64,000 bases of DNA from an uncultured Alphaproteobacteria bacterium (GTDB lineage Bacteria; Pseudomonadota; Alphaproteobacteria; Rs-D84), in the NCBI GenBank assembly GCA_947054455.1, contig CAMRWN010000002.1, positions 19,976 to 83,975 of the forward strand. The letters run 5' to 3'. A program made the translations under genes and the position numbers. Positions 54,361 through 64,000 of the stretch are shown here, piece by piece (the first letter of the stretch is position 1; each line of letters begins with the position of its first letter). The notes under the pieces are model-generated. The model had not been told where the DNA came from. It saw only the letters and a list, made by a program, of their open reading frames with translations, and did no database searches.

Positions 54361-54388
54361 AAAATCCGCCCGTGGGGGGGCGGATTTT
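54361..54388 (-). terminator. Terminator after rpsI
   Basis: aaaatccgccc-gtgg-ggggcggatttt. Confidence 0.7.
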
Positions 54389-54408
54389 GGTTCCATATTC
54401 GAAACGGA

Positions 54409-54888
54409 TTAACGTTTGCTGAACTGTGTGGAACGACGCGCCTTGCGAACACCATAGTGTTTGCGTTCGACAACGCGGCTGTCGCGTGTCAGGAATCCGG
54501 CGTCCTTCAGTGCCTTGCGCAATTCCGGTTCCGCCTTTTCCAGCGCTTTGGAAATACCGTGCTTTACCGCACCGGCCTGGCCGGACAGACCGCCGCCCAT
54601 AACCATTACGATTGCGTCGTATGCGCCTTCGCGTTTCGCGACACCAAAAGGCTGGGCGATAATCATCTGCAATACCGGACGACGGAAATATTCGGCCATT
54701 GGTGTTTCATTTACGATGATGTTGCCCTTGCCCGGCATCAGGTATACGCGTGCAACGGAATCCTTGCGCTTGCCGGTCGCGTATGTCGCACCCGTCAGCT
54801 TTACAGATGTCGCCGGCGCTTTTTTCGCCGCGGCTTTCTTTGCGGGGGCCGCCTTTTTGGCGGTTGCTGTTTTCTTTGCTTCTGTCAT
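54409..54888 (-). CDS. rpsI: 30S ribosomal protein S9
   Basis: C-terminus [19 protein letters not shown]...[11 protein letters not shown], with an Ala/Lys-rich N-terminal extension. Confidence 0.92.
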   Translation of the reverse strand: MTEAKKTATAKKAAPAKKAAAKKAPATSVKLTGATYATGKRKDSVARVYLMPGKGNIIVNETPMAEYFRRPVLQMIIAQPFGVAKREGAYDAIVMVMGGGLSGQAGAVKHGISKALEKAEPELRKALKDAGFLTRDSRVVERKHYGVRKARRSTQFSKR

Positions 54889-55361
54889 TATTCACCCCTT
54901 TTATTTTTACGGTTCAAGCCCGCGAAATCAATAACAACCGGCTGCTGCGCGGCGTGCTTGTGTTCTGCACCCGCATAAACGTGCAGCTTGGTCAGGCGCT
55001 GGTTCGCCAATGCAACAGACGTGCGGCGACCCATCATGCGCTTTACCGCGTTGAAAACCAGTTTTTCGGGTTTTTCGCTGCGCATCTGGCCCAGTGTGCG
55101 TTCTTTCAAAGAACCTGTCCACAGCGAGTGCCAAAAGAATTTGGTCTTTTCCGCCTTGCGACCGGACAGTGCAACCTTGTCCGCATTGATGATGATTACA
55201 TGGTCGCCGCAATCCATATTCGGTGTCCATGTCGGCTTGTTCTTGCCGCGCAGAATGTTTGCGGTGTATGCCGCCAAACGCCCCAGCGTGCAATCAGTCG
55301 CGTCAATCAGATACCATTTGGCATCCAATTCACACTTTTTTAACGATTTTGTCGCTGCCAT
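54888..55361 (-). CDS. rplM: 50S ribosomal protein L13
   Basis: [17 protein letters not shown]-terminus. Start set at ATG 55361. Confidence 0.92.
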   Translation of the reverse strand: MAATKSLKKCELDAKWYLIDATDCTLGRLAAYTANILRGKNKPTWTPNMDCGDHVIIINADKVALSGRKAEKTKFFWHSLWTGSLKERTLGQMRSEKPEKLVFNAVKRMMGRRTSVALANQRLTKLHVYAGAEHKHAAQQPVVIDFAGLNRKNKRGE

Positions 55362-55508
55362 TGTTGTTTTACCCTTGGTTTTAAATTTAAACGTGGTTAT
55401 TATTGCGCAACCCCGCGGAAAAGTCAAGAAAAATCAGTACGGTATTATGATACCATATGTCTGCGGCGGCTGTGCATAAAAACACCGCCCCTGCGGGCGG
55501 TTTGGTTT

Positions 55509-57218
55509 TTACATTTCTTCGGGGATTCGCAGTCCCATCAAATCAATCGCCCGGGCCAGCGTGTCGCGCGCGGCGCGTGCGATATATAAACGCTGGGCGC
55601 GGTCTTGGGGAGAAACGTCGTCGCGCAAAATCGGGCAGTTATGGTAAAACGTGTTTATCAGCTGGCACAAATCATATGCATAGTTCGCGACCATGTCCGT
55701 CGCCCGGTTTTCAAAAGCGCTGTGGACGGTGCGTTCAAAATCCAGAATGCCAATCAACAAATTGCGCTCATCCGGGGACAGTATGCTCATTTGTGCCGTG
55801 CCGGCGTCGGGCGCGCGCTTTAAAACGGAATTCAGACGCACCGCCGTGTACAGGATATATGGCCCGGTGCGACCTTCGAAACTGGTGACGGCGGTTGGGT
55901 CAAATACATAATCCGAACGCACGTCGTGCAGCAGGTCGTTGAATTTCAGCGCCGCCAGCGCAATCATGTCCACCGTGGCCTGGTCCAATGATTTTTCCGC
56001 GTCGCGTACGCGCGCGGCAACCGCTGCATTTACGGCGTCAATGATATCGTCCAGTCCGGCGGCATTGCCGTCGCGGGTTTTGAATGGTCGGCCATCGGCA
56101 CCGTTTATCGTGCCGTATCCGATATGTTCAAAATTTGCGTAGTCAAATATTCCGGAAATGTCGGCTGCACGGAACAGCTGCTCGAAATGCAGGCTTTGGC
56201 GCATGTCGGTAAAGTAAATTATCTTGTCCGGGTTGTCTGTCAGTTTACGGCAGTAAACCGCCGCCAAATCGGTTGAATCGTACGTGTCCGCGCCGCGTGA
56301 ATCCGTCCACATGTATGGGGGCATCGGGGCGTTATCGCTGTCTTTGCGGACAACGATTATCTGGGCGCCGTCGCTTTCTTGTATCAGATTTTGCTTTCGC
56401 AGAATTTCTTCGACCGCCGGCAGGTATTTTGCCGCGTTGCGTTCGCCCAAATCATAATCAAACGGCAGGATGTTCAGGCGGTTTACCGTATCGCGCATCA
56501 TGTCCAACGATATCGCCAAAAACTTTTCATACAGTGCGAAGTATCCCGTGTGTCCGTCTTGGAAACGGGCCTTGATTTCCTGGGCGTGGGATTGAAATTC
56601 GGGATTTTCCTTGGCGTATTTACTGGCCGCGGGGTAATAAGTGTTTAATTCCGCAGGGTCAATTTCAAAGTCGACCGGTGTTTTCGGGTCAAAATCATCC
56701 CGGAAATAAGGCAGTTCCGGATGCATCCGTTCAATCCATGCAATAATAAGCGCCATCGGTTTTCCCCAGTCGCCCATATGGTTCCATGAATATGTCCGAT
56801 GCCCCAGTAATTTGGCAATGCGGTTGAACGTATCGCCGACAATTGATGTGCGCAGATGTCCGATGTGCAGCGATTTTGCGACATTGTATGCGCCATAGTC
56901 CAAATCAATGGTCTGAGGTTTGCTGGACGGTTCGACTTGCGCCGCGTTTTCGGCCGCATTCCAAATGAATTCATCTTTTATTTTAATGTTGATAAATCCC
57001 GGGCCGGCGATTGATGTGTCGGATACAAACGGCAGCTCGGCCAGTTTTGACGCGATTTCCGTCGCCAGTTCCCGCGGGTTTTTGCCGGCAGACTTTGCCA
57101 TTACCATCGCGGCGTTTGTTGAAAAATCGCCGAAATCACGGTTGCGCGGAACCTCCAGCTTCGCCGCGAAGCCCAGTTTGTCGTTTATCGCCTCTGATAC
57201 ATGTTTATACAAATTCAT
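55509..57218 (-). CDS. argS: Arginine--tRNA ligase
   Basis: SLHIGHLR (HIGH) motif and DALR-type C-terminus. Start set at ATG 57218 (MNLYKHV), which avoids overlap with the kinase gene. Confidence 0.9.
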   Translation of the reverse strand: MNLYKHVSEAINDKLGFAAKLEVPRNRDFGDFSTNAAMVMAKSAGKNPRELATEIASKLAELPFVSDTSIAGPGFINIKIKDEFIWNAAENAAQVEPSSKPQTIDLDYGAYNVAKSLHIGHLRTSIVGDTFNRIAKLLGHRTYSWNHMGDWGKPMALIIAWIERMHPELPYFRDDFDPKTPVDFEIDPAELNTYYPAASKYAKENPEFQSHAQEIKARFQDGHTGYFALYEKFLAISLDMMRDTVNRLNILPFDYDLGERNAAKYLPAVEEILRKQNLIQESDGAQIIVVRKDSDNAPMPPYMWTDSRGADTYDSTDLAAVYCRKLTDNPDKIIYFTDMRQSLHFEQLFRAADISGIFDYANFEHIGYGTINGADGRPFKTRDGNAAGLDDIIDAVNAAVAARVRDAEKSLDQATVDMIALAALKFNDLLHDVRSDYVFDPTAVTSFEGRTGPYILYTAVRLNSVLKRAPDAGTAQMSILSPDERNLLIGILDFERTVHSAFENRATDMVANYAYDLCQLINTFYHNCPILRDDVSPQDRAQRLYIARAARDTLARAIDLMGLRIPEEM

Positions 57219-57246
57219 TTCTTGATGCCCGTATGGTTTTATAATT

Positions 57247-58527
57247 TTATATAGGTAGAACGACCCGCACGCGCAGCCCGCCCAAATCGCTGTTTTCCAG
57301 GAATATCTGGCCGCCGTGGTTTTCAATCGCCGTCTGCGCAATGGACAGCCCCAGGCCGGTTCCGCCGGTTTTGCTGCCGCGCGCTTCGTCCAGTCGAACA
57401 AACGGACGCATCGCATCACGCTTTTTGTCATCCGGAATCCCCGGGCCGTCGTCTTCGATTATAACCTCTACATGGTCTTCGTTGTCATGTTCGGTTATCC
57501 GTATCTTTTTGTCGGAATATCTGGCCGCGTTTTCAATGATGTTGCCGAACGCGCGCGCCAGCGCCATTGGACGCGCATAGAACTGCATGGGCGCGTCGGG
57601 AAAATCTGTTTCTATTTTTTTCGCGGGCGCCGCGTCGCGCGCAATGCGCACCAGCATCGCCGGCAGTTCGGTTGCCTGCTCTATCTCTGGCATTTCGCCG
57701 CGGGCGAACGCCAGGTATCCGTTCACCATTTCAGACATGCGGTCGATGTCGCGCAGCAGTTCTTCGCGGCTGGCGTCGCCTGTTTCCACCGACAGGCGCA
57801 TGCGGGTCAGCGGTGCCTTTAAATCATGGCTGACGGCGTTAAGCATGTCCGTACGCGTACGGTTGTATCTGTTCAGACGCTCTTTCATTGTAATCATGGC
57901 TGTTGCCGCCTCGCGGATTTCCTTGGAACCGGTGGGTTCAAAGCCCGGCGCGTCCAGCCCGCGACCAAACCGGCCCGCGGCCTTGGCGATGCGGCGGATA
58001 CTGCGCGAGTGCAGTATGATAAACGGTGCAATCAGTATTGATACGATTAATATTGAACCAACCAGCCATATAATGAAAACTTCGGTACTGGTGGAATAAA
58101 TGCGGTACAGCGATGTTCCGAATGTTGCAATTCTGCCGTCGTTGGTCGGTACGTCTATGAACACCAGACGCTTTGACCTGTCCATGTATATGCTTGCAGG
58201 CCGTTGCAGCTTTTTTGACAGTTCGTGTGCCAGCGGGCCGGTTTCGTGCGCGTGGTTGTCATTATCCTTTGGACGGTTCAATTTGTCGTTTAGCGAAACG
58301 TTTATCCCGATTGCGCGCGCCATTGTCTGATATGCGTCGTCGTCACCGTTGTCAATAAAGCGCATCATTGTTGTTATTTCGCCCGACAGGCTGCGCGCCA
58401 AGGTCGCATGGACGCGTTCCCAATGGTTGCCAAAGAAAACGTTTGCGATAATGACCTGGGCCACAATCAGCGGAACCAGAACCATTAATATTGTTCGCCA
58501 TAAAAATCTGCGTGGAATCAGTCTCAT
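57247..58527 (-). CDS. EnvZ-type sensor histidine kinase
   Basis: Two TM segments, a HAMP-like region, H-box SHDLKAPLTRM, and G-box GGTGLGLSIA. Confidence 0.85.
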   Translation of the reverse strand: MRLIPRRFLWRTILMVLVPLIVAQVIIANVFFGNHWERVHATLARSLSGEITTMMRFIDNGDDDAYQTMARAIGINVSLNDKLNRPKDNDNHAHETGPLAHELSKKLQRPASIYMDRSKRLVFIDVPTNDGRIATFGTSLYRIYSTSTEVFIIWLVGSILIVSILIAPFIILHSRSIRRIAKAAGRFGRGLDAPGFEPTGSKEIREAATAMITMKERLNRYNRTRTDMLNAVSHDLKAPLTRMRLSVETGDASREELLRDIDRMSEMVNGYLAFARGEMPEIEQATELPAMLVRIARDAAPAKKIETDFPDAPMQFYARPMALARAFGNIIENAARYSDKKIRITEHDNEDHVEVIIEDDGPGIPDDKKRDAMRPFVRLDEARGSKTGGTGLGLSIAQTAIENHGGQIFLENSDLGGLRVRVVLPI

Positions 58528-58535
58528 TGTTTGTC

Positions 58536-59186
58536 CTATGCGTTTTGTTTCGGTGCGGCGTTCAAATTGACCAATTTGTATCCGCGGCCGCGTATCGTCA
58601 TGATATCTATGTTTGATAATACACTATTTAATTTCCCGCGCAAGCGTTTTGCGACCATGGGGGCGGCATGCACTATGTTGCCGACGGGCGATATAAGACG
58701 CAGCAGCAGTTTTTTTTCTTCCCCCGACAGCATTAACGCCCGCGGCGCGTCGGTATCAGATTTTACAAAGAACTCGTTGTCAATGAACATCAGACCGTGC
58801 GGTGTCTGGGGCGACGGGACGCCGCGGGTGCGTATGATATTGTTCAGACGCAGAACCAGTTCGCGCAGTTGGAACGGTTTGGCCAGATAATCGTCGGCGC
58901 CGCCCGCCAGTCCGTCGATTGCGTTTTCCGGCCCCGTCATTGCGGTCAGCATTATTACCGGTGTCGAATCTCCCGCATCGCGGATTCCGCGCAGGAACGT
59001 CAGGCCGTCCATTCCCTCCATCATACGGTCCAGAACAATTGCGTCGACACGCATTCGCTGCAGTATTTGGGTGGCCATTTCGGCGGATTGTGCGGTTAAG
59101 ACATTGAATTCCTGTGCGCGCAGCCCCCGCCCCAGCGCCCTGCGCAACACTTCGTCATCATCAATAATCAGAATGGTTTTGTTCAT
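58536..59186 (-). CDS. OmpR-family response regulator
   Basis: Receiver domain (IIDDD..VLDRMMEGMDG..KPF) with a winged-helix C-terminus (IRGRGYKL). Confidence 0.88.
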   Translation of the reverse strand: MNKTILIIDDDEVLRRALGRGLRAQEFNVLTAQSAEMATQILQRMRVDAIVLDRMMEGMDGLTFLRGIRDAGDSTPVIMLTAMTGPENAIDGLAGGADDYLAKPFQLRELVLRLNNIIRTRGVPSPQTPHGLMFIDNEFFVKSDTDAPRALMLSGEEKKLLLRLISPVGNIVHAAPMVAKRLRGKLNSVLSNIDIMTIRGRGYKLVNLNAAPKQNA

Positions 59187-59238
59187 TTGCCTGTTGGATG
59201 CGGGCGCGCCGCCGGCGCAAACGTGGCCGTGCGTGCCT

Positions 59239-60165
59239 TTATTTCTTTAACGGTTCCACGGCGTATTCACCCGGCTGTATCGTGCGCATGGCATTGTTGG
59301 CGCCGCGGGCGTCCGCTTCGATGTCAACGGTGGCGCGAAACTGCATTCCGCCGGTTGTAAATTCCGTCTTGAACAATGCGTACCCGGTTCCGCCGCCGGT
59401 TGTCGGTCCCTGCATCCCCAGCGAATAATATCCGCCCAGAATGCCGTAGTCCAAATCGATGTAGTCTATGCTGACCAGCAGCGAAACGTTGCTGAACCCG
59501 TCGCTGGTCATATTGCATGCGAATTCACGGTTCGACAGCGTGGCCTGGGAATTAATCGGAACCATGATGTCCATGACTGTCGGTTCGCACTTGCGGTCGA
59601 TTCCATTTACCAAGAATTCATAGGTCATGCCAACCGTCGCCTTGGACAGGCCGGTTGATACATTGACCTGCGAAATTGTGGCCTTTGGTATTTTTACCAT
59701 TGCGTTTGCAATGCCGCTGCGTACCGGGAATGATATGCCCGACTGCAGACAGTCGCGTGAAAACGGATCCGCCTCGCATATATACAGGCGCGAGTGCGCG
59801 TTCATCATGAACATGTTAGCCAGACTGTTGAACAGGAATGTGCGCGTTATCTTGTCGTTCAGCCGTGTGCATCCGAAATTACGGCATATAATCATCGGAC
59901 GGTCGGCAAATATTACGCCGGGATGGCGTTGAACCTCGGCCTCGCGGGCGTTGACAATGTTCTGGTCATAATCCAGACTGTCCGCGCGTTCCATGAATTC
60001 CGTTTCCGGAATGAAATTCGGGTCGTCGGGATATGCATAGTACGACTGAACCGGCGTTTCTGTGTAAACGGTCTGAAAACTGTCGTAAAAAATTTCCTGG
60101 TCGGCGGCGTGCGCGTTTACGGCAATCAATGCGGTAAAAGCAGCCAATAAAACTAGTCTAGCCAT
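59239..60165 (-). CDS. Secreted protein, unknown function
   Basis: Start set at MARLVLLAAFTALIAVNAHA (signal peptide). No motif recognised. Confidence 0.55.
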   Translation of the reverse strand: MARLVLLAAFTALIAVNAHAADQEIFYDSFQTVYTETPVQSYYAYPDDPNFIPETEFMERADSLDYDQNIVNAREAEVQRHPGVIFADRPMIICRNFGCTRLNDKITRTFLFNSLANMFMMNAHSRLYICEADPFSRDCLQSGISFPVRSGIANAMVKIPKATISQVNVSTGLSKATVGMTYEFLVNGIDRKCEPTVMDIMVPINSQATLSNREFACNMTSDGFSNVSLLVSIDYIDLDYGILGGYYSLGMQGPTTGGGTGYALFKTEFTTGGMQFRATVDIEADARGANNAMRTIQPGEYAVEPLKK

Positions 60166-60309
60166 GTCAAAGCCCTTTGTCTCTCTGGACAAATCTTAGA
60201 ACAATCGCGTGCGTCGTGTCAAAGCAAAAATTTTCTATTGAAAATCGCCGCGTGTTTGTTCTATAAATGAATGCAAACAAACGCATAATATTTAAGTGAG
60301 GTGGATAAA

Positions 60310-60969
60310 ATGGTCGATATCATAATAACCGGTGAATCCGGAAAGCTGCATGCCGTGTACCACAAATCCGCGACGGCGTCCGCGCCGTTGGCGGTGGTTT
60401 TGTCCGGAAATCCACGTCAAAAGTATCATATGAACGACCGCGTGTCGTATGCCATGTTTCGCGCGTTTATGGATGCCGGCTTTTCTGTGCTGCGTTTCAA
60501 TTATCGCGGTGTAAACGATTCCGACGGTGCAATCGGGACGACATCTGAAAACATGCTGGACATTGCAACGGTAATCGACTGGATTCAAAATCACAACGAA
60601 GACAGCGACAAGATATGGCTGGCCGGCCATGGTCTGGGGGCGTGGTACGTTCTGCAGGCGATGATGCGCCGTCCCGAGGTTTCCGGCTTTGCCCTGGTTT
60701 CACCGGACCCGTCGGTTTCTGATTTTGCGTTTTTGTCGCCGCGGCCGAACCGCGGATTGCTGCTGCAGGGGGCGGCGGAAACGGATGACGCGAAAAGTTT
60801 TTCATCTTATCTGACCCAGGTTTTGAAAAAGCAGGCCCAGATTGATTTAGAGACAATACGTGTGAAAAACGCCGACGCGGCTTACAGCCAGCCGGCCGAC
60901 CTGCGCCAGATGTATAATGATTTAAAGGCCTATATCGGTCGTGAAAATGCCGAAGACAAGTTGCTGTAA
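60310..60969 (+). CDS. Alpha/beta-hydrolase-fold protein (COG2945-like), nucleophile motif altered
   Basis: Start set at ATG 60310 (GAGGTGG SD). The expected G-x-S-x-G elbow reads G-H-G-L-G. Confidence 0.55.
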   Translation: MVDIIITGESGKLHAVYHKSATASAPLAVVLSGNPRQKYHMNDRVSYAMFRAFMDAGFSVLRFNYRGVNDSDGAIGTTSENMLDIATVIDWIQNHNEDSDKIWLAGHGLGAWYVLQAMMRRPEVSGFALVSPDPSVSDFAFLSPRPNRGLLLQGAAETDDAKSFSSYLTQVLKKQAQIDLETIRVKNADAAYSQPADLRQMYNDLKAYIGRENAEDKLL

Positions 60970-60972
60970 AAT

Positions 60973-61962
60973 ATGAATACAAACGAAAGATTTTTAGACG
61001 CGAACATACCGGATGAAATGGCCGCATCAATACGGCCAAAGTCTTTGTGTGATTTTATCGGCCACGAGGGTTTGAAACAAAACCTGTCCGTTTTTGTGTC
61101 CGGCGCCCGCGCCCGTGGCGAAGCGATGGATCACGTGCTGTTGTACGGGCCCCCGGGGCTGGGTAAGACAACACTGGCCCATATTGTTGCGAACGAACTG
61201 GGTACCAATTTCCGGGCGACTGCCGCACCAATGCTGACCAAACAGGGTGATTTGGCGGCGATACTGACATCACTGGAACCAATGGACGTTTTGTTTATCG
61301 ACGAAATACACCGCCTGCCCACCGCGATAGAAGAGGTTTTGTATTCCGCGATGGAGGATTTTAAGCTGGATATAATGCTGGGCGAAGGCCCCAGCGCAAA
61401 AAGCGTGCGCATCGACCTGCCCCCGTTTACGCTGGTGGGTGCGACCACGCGCACGGGGCTGTTGTCAAATCCGTTGCGCGACCGTTTTGGAATTGATTTG
61501 CGTTTGTCGTTTTATTCACCCGAAGATTTGGCGAAAATCATCGCGCGCAGTGCGAACATCCTGGGGACGCCGATTGACGCGGATGCGGCATTGGCGCTGG
61601 CGCGCAGCGCGCGCGGAACGCCGCGTATTGCAAACCGTCTGTTGAAGCGGGCGCGTGATTTTGCGGGCGCGACCGGCGCGGGGCGCATAACGGCCAACAC
61701 GATACGCACCACGCTGTTTCAGTTGCACATAGATGGGTGCGGTCTGGATGAAATCGACCGTGAATATATGTCGACGATTGTCCGTCATTATGCGGGCGGG
61801 CCTGTAGGAATCGACAATCTGGCGGCCGCGTTGTCCGAACCCGCCGACACCATAGAAGATGTTATCGAACCTTATCTGATGCAGTTGGGTTTTGTCCAGC
61901 GTACGCCCCGCGGCCGCGTTATAACGGATGCCGGATATGCGCATTTGGGTTTGGAAAAATAA
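60973..61962 (+). CDS. ruvB: Holliday junction branch migration ATPase RuvB
   Basis: Walker [10 protein letters not shown], Walker [20 protein letters not shown]. Confidence 0.93.
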   Translation: MNTNERFLDANIPDEMAASIRPKSLCDFIGHEGLKQNLSVFVSGARARGEAMDHVLLYGPPGLGKTTLAHIVANELGTNFRATAAPMLTKQGDLAAILTSLEPMDVLFIDEIHRLPTAIEEVLYSAMEDFKLDIMLGEGPSAKSVRIDLPPFTLVGATTRTGLLSNPLRDRFGIDLRLSFYSPEDLAKIIARSANILGTPIDADAALALARSARGTPRIANRLLKRARDFAGATGAGRITANTIRTTLFQLHIDGCGLDEIDREYMSTIVRHYAGGPVGIDNLAAALSEPADTIEDVIEPYLMQLGFVQRTPRGRVITDAGYAHLGLEK

Positions 61963-62003
61963 TTGTTCTATTCAAACCGAAGATATAAATTTTGGACAGA
62001 AAG

Positions 62004-62381
62004 ATGAAGACATTTAAATTTCCATTTTCAATCGCATATGCGGACACCGACGCCGGCGGCATAGCGTATCACGGACGTTATATTGAAATCGCAGAGCGCG
62101 CGCGTATGGCAATGCTGCGCGGGGTTGTGTTCCCCGAAGGCGATTTGGGTTTTGTTGTGCGCGAGCTGCGGGCCAAATATATGCGGCCGCTGCGTCTGGG
62201 GGACGAATTTGTGGTTGAAACATCTTTGGCAAAGTCGGGCGGCGCATCGCTGACGCTGGAACAAAAGTTCGTGAAAGACGGCGATGTTTATGCTATACTG
62301 ACGGTTGCCGCCGCGTATATCGGCGCGGGCATGCGGCCGCGGCCAATACCGGAAAATGTTTTCGCAATAATGACAGATTAA
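62004..62381 (+). CDS. ybgC: Tol-Pal-associated acyl-CoA thioesterase YbgC (4HBT family)
   Basis: YADTDAGGIAYHGRY hotdog-fold motif, positioned directly upstream of tolQ. Confidence 0.8.
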   Translation: MKTFKFPFSIAYADTDAGGIAYHGRYIEIAERARMAMLRGVVFPEGDLGFVVRELRAKYMRPLRLGDEFVVETSLAKSGGASLTLEQKFVKDGDVYAILTVAAAYIGAGMRPRPIPENVFAIMTD

Positions 62382-62403
62382 AAAAACAAGAAAAGGAAGG
62401 AAC

Positions 62404-62895
62404 ATGACGAATAATTTTTCGCTGCTTAATTTGTTTACGGGCGACATAATGACGGCGTTTATTTCACTGGCACTGGTTCTGGCCAGTGTGGTTTCGTGGT
62501 CTATAATAATTGAAAAAATCAGATTGTGGCGAATGAACCGCAAAAATCCGGCAAAGATAAAGCCGTCGGACAATTTGGATGTTGCGGTTGATCGTATACT
62601 GCGTCCGTTTGACCGGAATTTGTGGTTTCTGTCGATGGTATCGTACGTCGCGCCGTTTGTCGGCTTGTTCGGAACGATATGGGGCGTTATGGATGCGTTT
62701 GCCGCAATCGGTGTGAACCAGTCTGTTTCAATCGGCGTAATTGCCCCCGGGTTGGCGACCGCACTGGGGACGACGGCGCTGGGGTTGATTGCGGCGGTTC
62801 CTGCGGCGATTGCGTATCAGTACTTTACCAAAAAGGCGGATGATTTGTACGACCGGCTGGACGATGCGCGCAAAGAAATTAAATCAAAGAAATAA
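62404..62895 (+). CDS. tolQ: Tol-Pal system protein TolQ (MotA/TolQ/ExbB family, short form)
   Basis: GLFGTIWGVMDAF..APGLATALGTTALGLIAAVPA. Confidence 0.8.
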   Translation: MTNNFSLLNLFTGDIMTAFISLALVLASVVSWSIIIEKIRLWRMNRKNPAKIKPSDNLDVAVDRILRPFDRNLWFLSMVSYVAPFVGLFGTIWGVMDAFAAIGVNQSVSIGVIAPGLATALGTTALGLIAAVPAAIAYQYFTKKADDLYDRLDDARKEIKSKK

Positions 62896-62906
62896 CGGGG
62901 GATAAA

Positions 62907-63311
62907 ATGTCGCGCAGCAGACGCAGAAATTCCGATGCCAGCATATCGTTGACGCCCATGATTGACATCATGACGGTTCTGTTGGCGGTTTTTATGGTTA
63001 CGACCCCGATGATGACGAACGGCATCGATTTGGATTTGCCGAATGCTGGCCATTCCGTCCTGACGGGAAATGAGCATGCAATTCAGGTCAGTGTTGACGC
63101 CGCCGGCCGGTATTATCTGGGCGAAATGCAGATGTCCGCGGAAGATGTCGTACGTCGCGCGATTGCGATGCGTGGTGAAAATCCGCAGTTGATGATTATG
63201 ATAAACGGCGACCGCAGCGCGGATTACGGCGCGGTCATGAATGTCATGGGCCGGCTAAAGGATGCTGGGTTCCAGCGCGTCGGCCTGCGCACGCAAATGG
63301 GTGGAAAATGA
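62907..63311 (+). CDS. tolR: Tol-Pal system protein TolR (ExbD/TolR family)
   Basis: ISLTPMIDIMTVLLAVFMV TM segment and an ExbD-like periplasmic domain. Confidence 0.85.
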   Translation: MSRSRRRNSDASISLTPMIDIMTVLLAVFMVTTPMMTNGIDLDLPNAGHSVLTGNEHAIQVSVDAAGRYYLGEMQMSAEDVVRRAIAMRGENPQLMIMINGDRSADYGAVMNVMGRLKDAGFQRVGLRTQMGGK

Positions 63312-64000
63312 ATCTGCGCACCAGATTTTCATCGGAAAACATGCTGATGTCGGTCGGCGGGCATTTGGCGCTGGTCGCCATCATGATAACTTCTTTTGCC
63401 ATTGTGGTGGATCGTGCGCGCCTGGTTGCGCCGGACCGTGTCCAGATAACAGAAATTGATTTGAGCGCGGTAAACGTTTCCGGGGACGAAACGAAATTAT
63501 ACAACACAAATGCGCCCGCACCCCTGTCCGTGCCGGAAAAATCATCGCCACCGGTTCCGGCAAAGGCCCCGGCGCCCGTCGCCGATGTTGCCCCTGATAC
63601 GGCAATAGACGCCCCGGCCCTGGTCGAAGAGAAAACAAATCCCGCGCCCGAAGACGCTGCGGATTCCGCACCGTCCGTTCCCGATGTGGCAAAGCCCGCG
63701 CCCGATGAAATCCCTGCGGCGCCGCGGAAAAAGACGGTCGTGCGCGTAAACCGAAATTCGGTTTCGTTGGACCGGACGCTGACAATATCCGTGGTGGACG
63801 CGTTGCGCGTTGCAATGACACGTTGCTGGGCGGTGGATACCACGCGCCCGGACATTGGGGACATTCGCGCGGTTGCGCATCTGGCCATGCGCAGAAACGG
63901 CACCGTTCGCGACGTTTGGTTTGAATCCGCGGCCCGTGCGGAAACCGACCCGGCGTTTGCATATGTTTTGGATACTATACGCGATGCCATAAACGCGTGC
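63308..64000 (+). CDS. tolA: TolA-like protein (partial, runs off the window end)
   Basis: The ATG overlaps the tolR stop (ATGA). N-terminal TM, Pro/Ala-rich linker and a TonB_C-like end. The frame stays open to 64000 and is absent from the ORF track. Confidence 0.65.
   Translation, partial: MNLRTRFSSENMLMSVGGHLALVAIMITSFAIVVDRARLVAPDRVQITEIDLSAVNVSGDETKLYNTNAPAPLSVPEKSSPPVPAKAPAPVADVAPDTAIDAPALVEEKTNPAPEDAADSAPSVPDVAKPAPDEIPAAPRKKTVVRVNRNSVSLDRTLTISVVDALRVAMTRCWAVDTTRPDIGDIRAVAHLAMRRNGTVRDVWFESAARAETDPAFAYVLDTIRDAINAC

Noticed and set aside
22366-54388. Recurrent AAAAAATCCCCC-N3-4-GGGGGATTTTTT-type hairpins (22366, 44655, 47968, 54361, and similar at 21384 and 51024) as a possible dispersed repeat family.
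   Set aside because: Each sits exactly at a gene end, mostly between convergent genes, and behaves as an ordinary bidirectional intrinsic terminator. The similarity is explained by terminator constraints.
57219-57431. 71-codon N-terminal extension of argS overlapping the histidine kinase gene.
   Set aside because: The extension is R/W/C-rich junk, and canonical ArgRS begins at MNLYKHV (57218).

Overview
This window looks like chromosome from an alphaproteobacterium. It carries GcrA, ybgC-tolQ-tolR-tolA, lpxA/lpxB and an EnvZ/OmpR-type pair. Housekeeping genes include rlmE, rnhA, tkt, hisS, prfA, aroK, mscL, leuS, rpiB, acpS, adk, rpsA, tig, rpsI/rplM, argS and ruvB, plus five tRNAs. The main feature is 8985-18408. 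It holds two identical head-to-tail copies of a 4698-bp Microviridae genome encoding capsid F/VP1, pilot VP2, an HUH Rep/VP4 and a scaffold-like protein. Each copy also has three small genes below the ORF-track cutoff: a 29-aa Arg-rich J-like protein and two tiny membrane peptides. The array sits in a non-coding gap between mscL and leuS and is bounded and separated by three 28-bp dif-like XerC/D sites. Only the left site has a CATAA XerC arm, while the other two have CACTA, which fits XerCD-mediated integration at the host dif. Other points worth a second look are listed here. (1) A five-gene minus-strand operon at 36220-41866 encodes an A24 prepilin peptidase, three unknown secreted proteins and a GH108-like muramidase, and contains a 656-bp perfect direct repeat. 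(2) Two large paralogous secreted Cys-rich proteins flank a tRNA cluster. (3) A family of small secreted Cys-rich proteins is preceded by long structured leaders with intrinsic terminators. (4) Twin covarying hairpin elements lie upstream of an XRE-type regulator. (5) A 204-bp structured module is flanked by 19-bp repeats of the tRNA-Pro 3' end. (6) A 35-aa Cys/Lys-rich peptide gene is hidden below the ORF cutoff. All functional calls rest on motif recognition by eye; no database search was run.
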